DNA of 33,173 bases from Octopus sinensis (lineage: Eukaryota). Below, piece after piece: positions 12,226 through 22,897 of the stretch (its first letter is position 1; the number at the start of each line of letters is the position of its first letter). Position numbers and translations under genes: made by a program. Below the pieces are notes generated by a model, which did not search any database, was not told where the DNA came from, and saw nothing but the letters and a program-made list of their open reading frames with translations. The stretch is taken from contig NW_021829592.1 of the NCBI RefSeq assembly GCF_006345805.1, forward strand, positions 1 through 33,173, written 5' to 3'.

Positions 12226-13057
12226 TACATTCTGTAAGCGGAACAGTAAAAATATACAAGACTTTTCTCAAGTTTAAAATCTGACATTGTTTTCGTTATC
12301 TACATTTCAACGATTGAGCCCTTGTATCTTTGTGGAAACCAGGTCCTTCCTCGGAAGAAAAATTAAAATACTTAAAAGCAGAAAAGGACATACATACAAC
12401 TTTACATACAGACAAACAGACAGAGAGCTAATCTAAATTCTATCATTCACATACAAGCAATCAATTTATAATTATTCTGATAATTAGTTATTCATGACGT
12501 CTCGTGACTCAGTCACTAGATTAACACAGTCTTGACATTTGATGCAGTTACTGTCTTGACCAATTGCGCAGACATAATGCGCATGCACATTTGTTAATCA
12601 TGGCAAATTCATTGAACTTGCTGGTCTTAACTTTTGGCATAAAAATCGTTCATACAGTGAAATTACCTAATCAAATAACATTTTAATTGACAGCTGTTTG
12701 AGCCATGATCTTTCCACAAATAGAAACGAGTATCCAAACACAGGTCTGAGTCAAGACAAATGCAGCATAGCACCAGGTTTCCTCATCTCCCCCGAGTTTT
12801 GAAAATCATGAAATTTCGAAACTGGTTAGGTTAATGTAAAAAAAATCTTCTTAAAGATTCCAAACACATTCTCAGATTGTTTCTTTTTAAATTTACTCGT
12901 GCGTAGAAACTTATGTTTTTGCAAGTCTATATGTATATATGTCATTATTCAGCTTATTTCAAGATTTCTTGCAAATAGAGAAAGAACCGGTTTCTAACCT
13001 AGATCCAAGGCTCCTTCATTGGAATTTCAACAACAACAACAGGATATTTTTGATTGT

Positions 13058-13205
13058 TTGTATGTATGTATGTATGTATGTATGTATGTATGTATGTATG
13101 TATGTATGTATGTATGTACGTATGTATGTATGTATGTATGCATGTATGTATGTATGTATGTATGTATGTATGTATGTATGTATGTATGTATGTATGTATG
13201 TATAT
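13058..13205. repeat. (TATG)n microsatellite
   Basis: Direct reading. Confidence 0.97.
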
Positions 13206-13289
13206 ATGTACAGATTTGTATGTTTTACGTATGTATTCTCATGCATATAGTTGCATATCTAGACATGCTCATATATATTTAAATAATAA

Positions 13290-13774
13290 AAATCTGGAAA
13301 GTTGCTGGAGGCATGTTTGGCATCGTCTTGGTTTTTTGAAGCATTTCTCACGCAAGAAGTTGTCGAAATGCTTGTAAAAAGTGGTAATCGGTAGGCGAAA
13401 GGTCTGGTGAATATGGCGGATGAGGCAGAGTTTCGTAGCCCAATTCGTTCAACTTCTGCAGGATCAGTTGTGCAAGGTGCGGTCGAGCGTTGTCGTGGAG
13501 AAGAATTTGTCCTTTTCTTTTGACCAATGCTGGCTGTTGTTGTCGGAGTTTCTTATGTATTTAATCCATTTGCTGACAGTACTTCTCCGCCGTAATGGTT
13601 TTGCCTGGATCCAAAAAGCTGTGATGGATGAGACCGACCGCAGACTACCAAACAGTCACCATGACCTTCTTTTGGTGCAACTTTCGCTTCGGAAGTGCCG
13701 TGGAGCTTCGTCGGAGTCCAACCACTGAGCTGAGCGTCGCCGGTTGTCGTAAAGAATCCACTTTACATCGCAAG
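13290..13774 (-). pseudogene. Mariner (Tc1/mariner D,D34D) transposase catalytic-domain fragment, inactivated
   Basis: Minus strand: CDVKWILYDNRRRSAQWL...(frameshift)...QKKVMVTVW*SAVG...KYCQQMD*...LLHDNARPHLAQLILQKLNELGYETLPHPPYSPDLSPTDYH. There are exactly 34 residues between the second and third Asp. Confidence 0.93.
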
Positions 13775-14324
13775 AACTTTCTTGACAACCTAATATGTAT
13801 GTGTGAGTGTGTGTGTGTATGTTTGCAGCATAAGTGAAATAAAATAAGAAAGGAACAAGATGTTAACTCCTAAATAATTTAAAATCAAGTGGTGCTTATT
13901 TCATCCGATATAACATGATCGCTACGAATGCATGGTGTCTAGTGCAAAACGTGGTAACAACACGCCATTATCATCACTTCATTCAGAAGATGAGGACGAG
14001 AAGGGATTGAACCTGAAATGTTTGTGGACTTCGGAACTTTATTACTCCACGCTAAACATAAAGGAACAGTTTAAAGATATGAAAAATCCTTTTATAAAGT
14101 ATTAATTTTGAACACAAAAAGTGTCTTTATAACAACACAAACCATAGCGCACGCACACACACACACACGCGCGCGCGCGCATATATGTGTGTGTGTGTGA
14201 TTGTTCTGTTATACGTAGCTTTAGTTTCTGTACCCTCTTTACAGTAATATTATCATTTTCATATGAGAACGAGGCTAGATATTGAGCAGGAAGTGGGCAA
14301 CAGAATAAATCAACCATTTTATTT

Positions 14325-14412
14325 TATTTTATCGACCCCAGAAGGATGAAAGGCAAAACTGACGCCGACAGAATTTGATCACAGAACTTAAAGAGCTGGA
14401 CTAAATAACGCA
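14325..14412 (-). mobile_element. SINE family A fragment
   Basis: ATCGACCCCAGAAGGATGAAAGGCAAA central domain with degenerate B box. Confidence 0.7.
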
Positions 14413-15167
14413 AGACTGCAAATCCACCGCGTTTTGCTTTAATAAAATACAATAAAATAGAGAGAACGATAAATTTCTTTCACGGCCACAATCTTACGTG
14501 ACATCCGGCTTTGCTGCTTCTTTGCTCCGTGTTTGATAGCGAAAAGAGGCGAACATATTTTATTTCAGTCGTTGGCTAAGCTTTAACTAGACACCATTAA
14601 AAAGAAATAAATATATACACGGCAAGAAATAGCGGAAAAGGAGAGAAAAGAAGAGGATGTGGAAGCGGTTGACATGAAGAAGTGAGACATAAATCACAGA
14701 TTGTTAGTCTAAAAGTTGGGATGAAAAATCATGGAAAAACAATCGGTTATAAATTACATCAAACAAATATTGATCTTGTTTTTGTTGTTGTTTGATATTG
14801 ATTGCTTTTATTGTGTTTTTAAAAGAGAGAAAAATGGGAATTTTTGAGTTCCATATTTTTTTCTTGTCAACTATTAAATATTTTCCAAGTTATTAGCGTT
14901 ATTAAGAACTATCATTTAGTTTCAACCATCGATCGTTTGAGGTTTGCGGGAAGCCTGCCGTTTCGTCTTTCGTCTCTGGTGTTTCCCCCATAAAATGCAA
15001 TAAATAATTTTGACTAAACTCAAGGTTTTCAGAAGCGAAATGTCGTAGCAGTCATGCATTTATTTTGATCCTTTGTGACTCAATTGAAATGTAATCACTG
15101 CTCGGTTAGTTTCGAGATCTCGTAGACTACGCAACACAATAAGTTTTCATTGCGTTATAATATCTAG

Positions 15168-15396
15168 TTCTTTATTACCCACAAAGGGCAAAAACATAGA
15201 GGGGACTAACAAGGACACACAAAGGGATTAAGTCGATTACATCGATCCCAGTGCGTAACTATTACTTGTTTAATCGATCCCGAAAGGATGAAAGGCAAAG
15301 TCGATCTTGGTAGAATTTGAACTCAGTACGTAATGGCAGACGAAATACTGCTAAGCTTTTCGCCCGGGCTGCTAACGATTCTGCCAGTTCGCCGCC
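15168..15396 (-). mobile_element. SINE family A, full length, tail subtype a
   Basis: Colinear with 129-356. Confidence 0.9.
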
Positions 15397-15415
15397 TTCA
15401 TTTTATTATAATATC

Positions 15416-15621
15416 CTTTAGGCACAAGACCCGAAATTTATGGGGTGGGGGGACCAGTCGATTAGATCAACTCCAGTACACAACTGGTACTTAATTTATT
15501 GACCCCGAAAGGATGAAAGGCAAAGTCGACTTTGATGGAATTTGAACTCAGAACGTAACGACAGACGAAATATCGCTAAAGCTTTTCGCCCGGCGTGCTA
15601 ACCATTCTGCCATCTCGCGCC
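15416..15621 (-). mobile_element. SINE family A, full length, tail subtype b, tandem to the previous copy
   Basis: Same head and central domain, different tail (GACTGGTCCCCCCACCCCATAAATTTCGGGTCTTGTGCC on minus). Confidence 0.88.
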
Positions 15622-15724
15622 TTCATTGGATTATAATACCTTGCAGACGTAACATACAGTGATTGCTTGAAATAAAAAAAAGAAACATCGTGCAACATTG
15701 GCGCGGGGATCAAGCAGAACCCAT

Positions 15725-16110
15725 TAGCACCCCACAAAAAATTTCTTATTTAGGTTCTGAACTCAAATCCTGCCGTGGCCAACTATACCTTCCATCCTTT
15801 CGAGGACGATAAAATAAAGTACTAACCAAGTACAGGATGTGGCGAAACCGATTAGATCCCTCTTCTCAAAACTGCTGACCTCTTGCGTAAATCTAAAACC
15901 GTTTTATGAGTGGAATGTTTAGAGCGTCGAACAAAATGCCTCGCAGTATTTTTTCGTCTTTTCGCTCTGAGTTCAAAACACGCCAGTTTTAACTTTGTCT
16001 GTTGTCCCTTTTTCTGAATCGATAAAACAAAATACCCGTGAAGTACAGCGGTCGGTGTAATTAACTCGACCACCCTTCTCACAACCCGCTGGCTTTGTGC
16101 CTTCATTAGA
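15725..16110 (+). mobile_element. Two degenerate SINE family A-like copies
   Basis: GTTCTGAACTCAAATCC...CCTTCCATCCTTTCGAGGACGAT at ~15770-15815, and CTCTGAGTTCAAAAC...GGCTTTGTGCCT at ~15965-16102. Confidence 0.55.
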
Positions 16111-16136
16111 AAGCAGTATATATACATACATACATT

Positions 16137-16170
<34 letters not shown>

Positions 16171-16276
16171 ATATTTACAAGATAAATGTGTGCTGGCCAT
16201 TGATAAAATTTTTTTTCCCGAAAGAAATTTTATCCTATATTAATATATATATATATATTATATATATATATATATA

Positions 16277-16312
<36 letters not shown>

Positions 16313-16634
16313 TGTGTGTGTGTGTGTGTGTATGATTGTAAGATCTTACACAGAATGGGTTGAAGTTCCAGTGTAAAAGAAATATCGATCAATTATCGGC
16401 CTGTCTTTTTTTTTCCTTCTGAAAGAAGGAAATGAGGAAAATGTCAATAAATAAATAAATGAATAAATATATAAATAGAATGCAGAGGAGATTGATTGGA
16501 ATAAATGGTGGATCAGAGAACTAAATGCTTATTTCATTCGACCCTTGGGGGTAGGAAATGAAAATTGACTTTAATGACATTTGATCTCAGAGTATAAAAG
16601 GACATTACGAATGCGCGCGCGTCTGCTTGCGCGG

Positions 16635-16677
<43 letters not shown>

Positions 16678-16721
16678 TACACACACACACACACACTCAC
16701 ACACACACACACATCGTTGTT

Positions 16722-16945
16722 ATTATGCAAAAGTGTCGTAAGTCCAAAACGTTGCTTATTCAGGAAACGAGAAAATAGTTTCACCATTCCATAGCAAAAC
16801 TTTGACACTTTTTGATATCTTAGGATCTGAAGCAGATGAAGATTCGATAGTTTGAGCAAAAGAACCGGCTATTGCAAGCAAAAATAAATATTGAAAAGAA
16901 AACGCATTTGGTCAAATTTGGACATATGAGAGTTTAACATAAAAA
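16722..16945 (+). repeat. Unclassified ~230-bp interspersed repeat, copy 2
   Basis: Colinear with 1316-1548. Confidence 0.85.
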
Positions 16946-17076
16946 AACGACATATATATATATATATATCGTTTTTATTATATATGTATATATTATGTAT
17001 GTATATCTATCTATCTATATATATATATATATATACATATATATATAAACACACACACTCACACACACACACACAC

Positions 17077-17118
<42 letters not shown>

Positions 17119-17694
17119 ATATATATATATATACATACATGCATATATAGGTGGTTTTTACATTAAGGTGGTTTTAGAGTCAGATCATGGCTGCTATTTT
17201 CAGCATGGTGGTATCTCGTAGATACCCTAATTTTATAATTATATATATATATATTATGAGGTTAATTAGTTAGGGATGACATCGGCATAGAACACAAACA
17301 GTGAAGTCACAATTTCAAAAACCTTTTCCCATGTCTGATATTGCAACGCCCAAGGTGACATGCAAAGTGCTATCACGGTGTTTACGTCTTCAGTGCATGC
17401 TGGGGCGGGTGTCCTTTGATTAATCAAACATTTTTTTTTTTTTTGGTGGGGGGTTATCTTCATTAAGTGCTATATCAAGCCCTACTCCACCTTGATAACA
17501 CAAATATCATTACGTGAGTCATTCTTTATCTATCGTTTAGTGGAATCGGCGATGATCGCTACACGAGAGCAGTTACCTACTTAGGCCTGCCCTGATCTGA
17601 TAAACTTGAACACTGGATCTCTCTGGTATAGGAGGACAAAGTTTTCTTCGGTTACACTACAAATAATTAAATATGTCTGCGTGTTTAAGAAGTC

Positions 17695-17820
17695 ACATTC
17701 CAGCCACGTGGTTTCCAGTGCGCAAACCTACTGCGTGACACTTAGAGCAAATCTCCTACACTATAGCCATAGGCCGACATACCAATGCCTCATGAATGAA
17801 TTTGCTAGACAGAAATTGCG
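17695..17820 (+). mobile_element. Degenerate SINE family B 5' part
   Basis: CAGCCACGTGGTT...CTACTGCGTGACACTTAGAGCAAAT...CTATAGCC...GAATTTGCTAGACAGAAATTG. Confidence 0.55.
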
Positions 17821-17865
17821 GTGAAGCTCGCGGTCTTCCCTTCCTTGGATCTTTCCTTTTTCTAT

Positions 17866-17900
17866 GTTTCTGACGAAGAGCTCCGCTCGAAACGTTAAAC
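17866..17900 (+). ncRNA. Minimal type I hammerhead ribozyme in a short Penelope-like 3' fragment (17821-18001)
   Basis: guuu-CUGACGA-a-gagc(ucc)gcuc-GAAA-CG-UU^aaac. Stem I guuu/aaac, stem II 4 bp, palindromic AACGUU stem III. Confidence 0.75.
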
Positions 17901-18066
17901 CCTCCTTCTTCCCTTCCTTCCTGAGCGTCCAATAATACTATACTTGTTCAACGTCCTCGCGTTGTTGTGTTTTCTCTTTGTGTTTTCATGTTTGCATTAA
18001 CTATATATATATGTATGTGTGTTTGTGAGTGTATATATATAATATATATATATATATATGTGTGTA

Positions 18067-18099
<33 letters not shown>

Positions 18100-18103
18100 T
18101 ATT

Positions 18104-18135
<32 letters not shown>

Positions 18136-18162
18136 ATAATATATATATATATATATTATATA

Positions 18163-18417
18163 TTGTTGTGTCTGGGGAGAGTTGTTCTCTTTTAGTGGTT
18201 TATTATTTAACACACTCGCGGTTCAGTTTCCACTCATTTACTTATTCATTCTTTTCTAAAATTTTCGTTGCGTGTTGCAACCTTTGACTATTGAAAAGGT
18301 TGCAAGATGCAACGAAAATTTTCGGAAAATTAAATAAGTAAATGAGTGGAAACTGAACCGGTGAGTGTGTTAAATAATAAGGCACCAAAAGAGAACAACT
18401 CTCCCCAGACACAACAA
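18163..18417. repeat. Fold-back palindrome with ~125-bp arms (second copy ~19035-19290)
   Basis: TTGTTGTGTCTGGGGAGAGTTGTTCTCTTTT ... AAAAGAGAACAACTCTCCCCAGACACAACAA, axis near 18286-18294. Confidence 0.9.
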
Positions 18418-18666
18418 AATATGCTTCAACACACGAACCCACATGAAGAATCTTGCAAACCAAATCCAAAAACGAAATATACATACATACATACATACAT
18501 ACATACATACATACATACATACATACAAGAGAGTGGTTTGGTTGGCTGGCCGGGTTGAGGAGGGGTGTCCAGTTAGTCGGTCTTCTATGGCGATCGGGTG
18601 TCCGTACTAGGCTCGGCATCAATATGGTGCTGGAGAATAACTGTTGCTTAACCAGCTTCTCACACC

Positions 18667-18714
18667 GTCTCTGATGAAGGGATATATAAAATATCCCAGA
18701 AACAGCTGTAAGAC
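18667..18714 (+). ncRNA. Type I hammerhead ribozyme
   Basis: gucu-CUGAUGA-a-gggauau(auaaa)auauccc-a-GAAA-CAGCUG-UA^agac. Stem I gucu/agac, 7-bp stem II (A.A at its base), palindromic ACAGCUGU stem III. Confidence 0.78.
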
Positions 18715-18998
18715 CTTCTATCTATAAATGTTCTGAAATCTTTCACAGCCTTGGATTTTTATCTCATTCTGATTATTTTGTCATATATACACCTGCTGAT
18801 ATATGACCTACGTTGGACTCCTCATTCGCATAATCACCGATCTGGAGCTAAACTATAGTTTGTTCAAAGCACTTATTCAGCATTACCTGACACCTTTGTG
18901 TCTTATTGACACCATTACCTTCTAATCTCACTCTCTCTCTTTATATATGTGTGTGTGTGTATATATATATATATTTAGATTATACATATATTATATAT

Positions 18999-19041
<43 letters not shown>

Positions 19042-19532
19042 GTCTGGGGAGAGTTGTCTCTTTTAGTGGTTATTATTTAACACACTCGCCGGTTCAGTTT
19101 CCACTCATTACTTATTCATTCTTTTCTAAAATTTTCGTTGGTGTTGCACCTGACTATTGAAAAGGTTGCAAGTGCAACGAAAATTTTCGGAAAATTAAAT
19201 AAGTAAATGAGTGGAGAAACTGAACCGGTGAGTGTGTTAAATAATAAGCACCACAAAAGAGAACCAACTCTCCCCAGGACACAAACAAAATATGCGTCAA
19301 CACACGAACCCACAGAAGAATCTTGCAAACCAAATCCAAAAACGAAATATACCATACATACATAAATACATACATACATACATACATACATTACAACAGA
19401 GTGGTTTGGTTGGGGCCGGGTTGAGGAGGGGTGTCCAGTTAGTCGGTCTTCTATGGCGATCGGGTGTCCGTACTAGGCTCGGCATCAATATGGTGCTGGA
19501 GAATAACTGTTGCTTAACCAGCTTCTCACACC

Positions 19533-19580
19533 GTCTCTGATGAAGGGATATATAAAATATCCCAGAAACAGCTGTAAGAC
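19533..19580 (+). ncRNA. Type I hammerhead ribozyme (identical duplicate)
   Basis: Same sequence as 18667-18714. Confidence 0.75.
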
Positions 19581-20141
19581 CTTCTATCTATAAATGTTCT
19601 GAAATCTTTCACAGCCTTGGATTTTTATCTCATTCTGATTATTTTGTCATATATACACCTGCTGATATATGACCTACGTTGGACTCCTCATTCGCATAAT
19701 CACCGAATCTGGAGCTAAACTATAGTTTGTTCAAAGCACTTATTCAGCATTACCTGACACCTTTGTGTCTTATTGACACCATTACCTCTTCTAATCTCAC
19801 TCTCTCTCTTTATATATGTGTGGTGTGGTATATATATATATAATATATATATATATATATAATTAATTAATAAAGGTGAGAGAATTAGATACTAATTTAA
19901 TAGTATATCAATTCAACACCAAGTGCCTAGTGCTCCGAGAAACTGGATTATTATAATATTTTATAATATATTATAATATTTTTACAAAATAAATATAAGA
20001 GAGTGGTCACTATATGGCTCACTCTAGCACCAGTTAATCCAAAAGGTTTCAACCACTAAAAATACATGTTTCCCATGAAAGTCAGTACGATTGTTAGCTC
20101 ACACGGACAGGGCAAATAAAAAATAACAAAAATACAGATTA

Positions 20142-20223
20142 TTTTGGGACAATTGTTTCGCTATTAATTAATTAAATGTAATTTTACTTACAAAAAAATC
20201 CACTTGTAGCTCATCGGCCAAAA
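20142..20223 (-). ncRNA. Type I hammerhead ribozyme, CCGAUGA core variant
   Basis: uuuugg-CCGAUGA-gcua(long loop)uagc-GAAA-CAAUUG-UC^ccaaaa. Perfect 6-bp stem I. Predicted cut 20147/20148. Confidence 0.72.
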
Positions 20224-20671
20224 CTATCTGGATGAAATCCACTCATCACACGCCAGATTTTACCATAACGATAAATACGCGTGTGGTTCAATTGATTACA
20301 TCCGACGTTAATAATTAATGCCAACTAACAGCGCGCGCCAAACTCTCACGGAAAACAAATACAGCATTTAGAAATAAATGCAGCATAATATAATTAATTA
20401 ATAAGGGTGAGAGAATTAGATACTAATTTAATAGTATATCAATTCAACCAAGTGGCCTAGTGCTCCGAGAAACCTGGATTATTATAATATTTTATAATAT
20501 ATTATAATATTTTTACAAAATAAATATAAGAGAGTGGTCACTATATGGCTCACTCTAGCACCAGTTAATCCAAAAGGTTTCAACCACTAAAAATACATGT
20601 TTCCCATGAAAGTCAGTACGATTGTTAGCTCACACGGACAGGCAAATAAAAAATAACAAAAATACAGATTA

Positions 20672-20753
20672 TTTTGGGACAATTGTTTCGCTATTAATGA
20701 ATTAAATGTAATTTTACTTACAAAAAAATCCACTTGTAGCTCATCGGCCAAAA
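20672..20753 (-). ncRNA. Type I hammerhead ribozyme, CCGAUGA core variant (unit 2)
   Basis: As above. Predicted cut 20677/20678, 530 nt from the first. Confidence 0.72.
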
Positions 20754-21567
20754 CTATCTGGATGAAATCCACTCAATCACACGCCAGATTTTACCATAAC
20801 GATAAATACGCGTGTGGTTCAATTGATTACATCCGACGTTTATAATTCAAATGCCCCAACTAACAGCGCGCCAAACTCACACGGAAAACAAATACAGCAT
20901 TTAGAAATAAATGCAGCATAATTATAATTAATTAATAAGGGAGAGAATAGATTAATATAATTTAATAGTATATCAATTCAACACCAAGTGGCCTAGTGCT
21001 CCGAGAACCTGGATTATTATAATATTTTATAATATATTATAATATTTTTACAAAATAAATATAAGAGAGTGGTCACTATATGGCTCACTCTAGCACCAGT
21101 TAATCCAATTGTCCCAAAATAATCTGTATTTTTGTTATTTTTATTTGCCCTGTCCGTGTGAGCTAACAATCGTACTGACTTTCATGGGAAACATGTATTT
21201 TTAGTGGTTGACCTTTTGGATTAACTGGTGCTAGAGTGAGCCATATAGTGACCACTCTCTTATATTTATTTTGTAAAAATATTATAATATATTATAAAAT
21301 ATTATATAAATCCAGGTTTCTCGGAGCACTAGGCCACTTGTGTTGAATTGATATACTATTAAATTAGTATCTAATTCTCTCACCCTTATTAATTATTATA
21401 ATTAGCTGCATTTATTTCTAAATGCTGTATTTGTTTTCCGTGAGAGTTTGGCGGCGCTGTTAGTTGGGGCATTTGAATTATAACGTCGGATGTAATCAAT
21501 TGAACCACACCGTATTTATCGTTATGGTAAAATCTGGCGTGTGATTGAGTGGATTTCATCCAGATAG

Positions 21568-21648
21568 TTTTGGCCGATGAGCTACAAGTGGATTTTTTGT
21601 AAGTAAAATTACATTTAATTCATTAATAGCGAAACAATTGTCCCAAAA
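21568..21648 (+). ncRNA. Type I hammerhead ribozyme, CCGAUGA core variant (inverted arm)
   Basis: TTTTGG 21568-73, CCGATGA 21574-80, GCTA/TAGC stem II, GAAA 21631-34, CAATTG, TC^CCAAAA 21641-48. Confidence 0.72.
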
Positions 21649-22025
21649 TAATCTGTATTTTTGTTATTTTTTTTTTGCCCTGTCCGTGTGAGCTAACATC
21701 GTACTGACTTTCATGGGAAACATGTATTTTTAGTGGTTGAAACCTTTTGGATTAACTGGTGCTAGAGTGAGCCATATAGTGACCACTCTCTTATATTTAT
21801 TTTATATATAATATATATTATGTGAAATAGAAAGATGAATAATCTTGTAGTAGATTAATCAAAAGTTTAACCGATCCTTAGTAGCAAAAATCACACACAG
21901 AAAATTCTTCAGCACCGGTTCTCAACATACACTGATAAACAGTTTCGCCATGGGCTCTTAGGAGCATAGTTCGATTTGTTTTGCTCCGCCTCTGTTCTGT
22001 TTTTGTTTTTCCAACGGATTTCCTA

Positions 22026-22114
22026 TTTTCTTCCTGAAGAGAAAGACACAATATGGTCCCATTATTCAATCGATTTTGGTAATTTGTGCCTTTCGAAACA
22101 CGTGTAGAATGAAA
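22026..22114 (+). ncRNA. Type I hammerhead ribozyme with canonical core and long stem II, in a ~350-bp fragment (21820-22172) between (TA)n tracts
   Basis: uuc-CUGAAGA-gaaag(a)cacaa...uugug(c)cuuuc-GAAA-CACGUG-UA^gaa. Palindromic ACACGUGU stem III. Confidence 0.8.
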
Positions 22115-22178
22115 TAAAACGATTTCTGTTCAATCTGCGTTCAGCTCCATTTCTTCAATTCACCAATAATGTTATATA

Positions 22179-22234
<56 letters not shown>

Positions 22235-22241
22235 TACATAT

Positions 22242-22281
<40 letters not shown>

Positions 22282-22587
22282 TCATGGGGGATGTATGTAC
22301 ATATATATACATATGTGTGTGTGTGTGTGTTCGCGCGTGTCCTCTGTGTGTGTGTTTGTATGGATGTGTTTGCACGAGCGTTCATATTGTTCCGAAGTCT
22401 CTCCTACAAAAGACAAATTGAAGCAAGACCTGCAAGAAGACAGTAAATTCAATTCCGCACTTCTCCTCACCACTCTCTCTCCAACCTTTCTCTCCCTCCC
22501 TCCCTCTCTCTCTCTTCCTCTCTCTCCTTCTCTCTTTCACGCTCTCTCTAATTCCCTTAAGTTATTTATCGCTTTATTTTTAAAATC

Positions 22588-22806
22588 ATTTTACTTGTTT
22601 CTGTCATTAGACTGTGGCCATGCTGGGGCACCGCCTTGAAGAATTTTTAGCCGAATGAATCGACTCCAGTGGTTATTCTTTTTAAGTCGGGTTCTTACTC
22701 TATCTGTTCTGTTGCCGAACCGCTAAGTTGCGAAGACGTAAACACACCAACATCAGTTGTTAAGCAGTGGTGAGGGAACACACACACAGAGACACACACA
22801 CACACT

Positions 22807-22849
<43 letters not shown>

Positions 22850-22850
22850 G

Positions 22851-22897
<47 letters not shown>

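Larger units (their letters stand above)
18100..19860 (+). repeat. ~870-bp tandem duplication (fold-back element + (TACA)n + HHR-bearing fragment + (TA/TG)n)
   Basis: Colinear units start at 18163 and 19035, with HHRs 866 bp apart. Differences are mostly single-base indels. Confidence 0.9.
19860..21803. mobile_element. ~530-nt HHR-bearing tandem array with inversion (retrozyme-like or tandem Penelope pLTR)
   Basis: Units 19860-20390, 20391-20924 and partial 20925-21108, then reverse-complement copy 21106-21803. (TA)n on both flanks. No ORF of note. Confidence 0.8.

Noticed and set aside
12980-13028. Minus-strand CCAAUGA...GAAACCGGUU hammerhead-like motif
   Set aside because: Two core changes including G5, weak stem II and out-of-register stem I
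21705-21730. GAAACATGTA second HHR-like half in the array unit
   Set aside because: The preceding CTGACTT does not fit the core and there is no stem I or II
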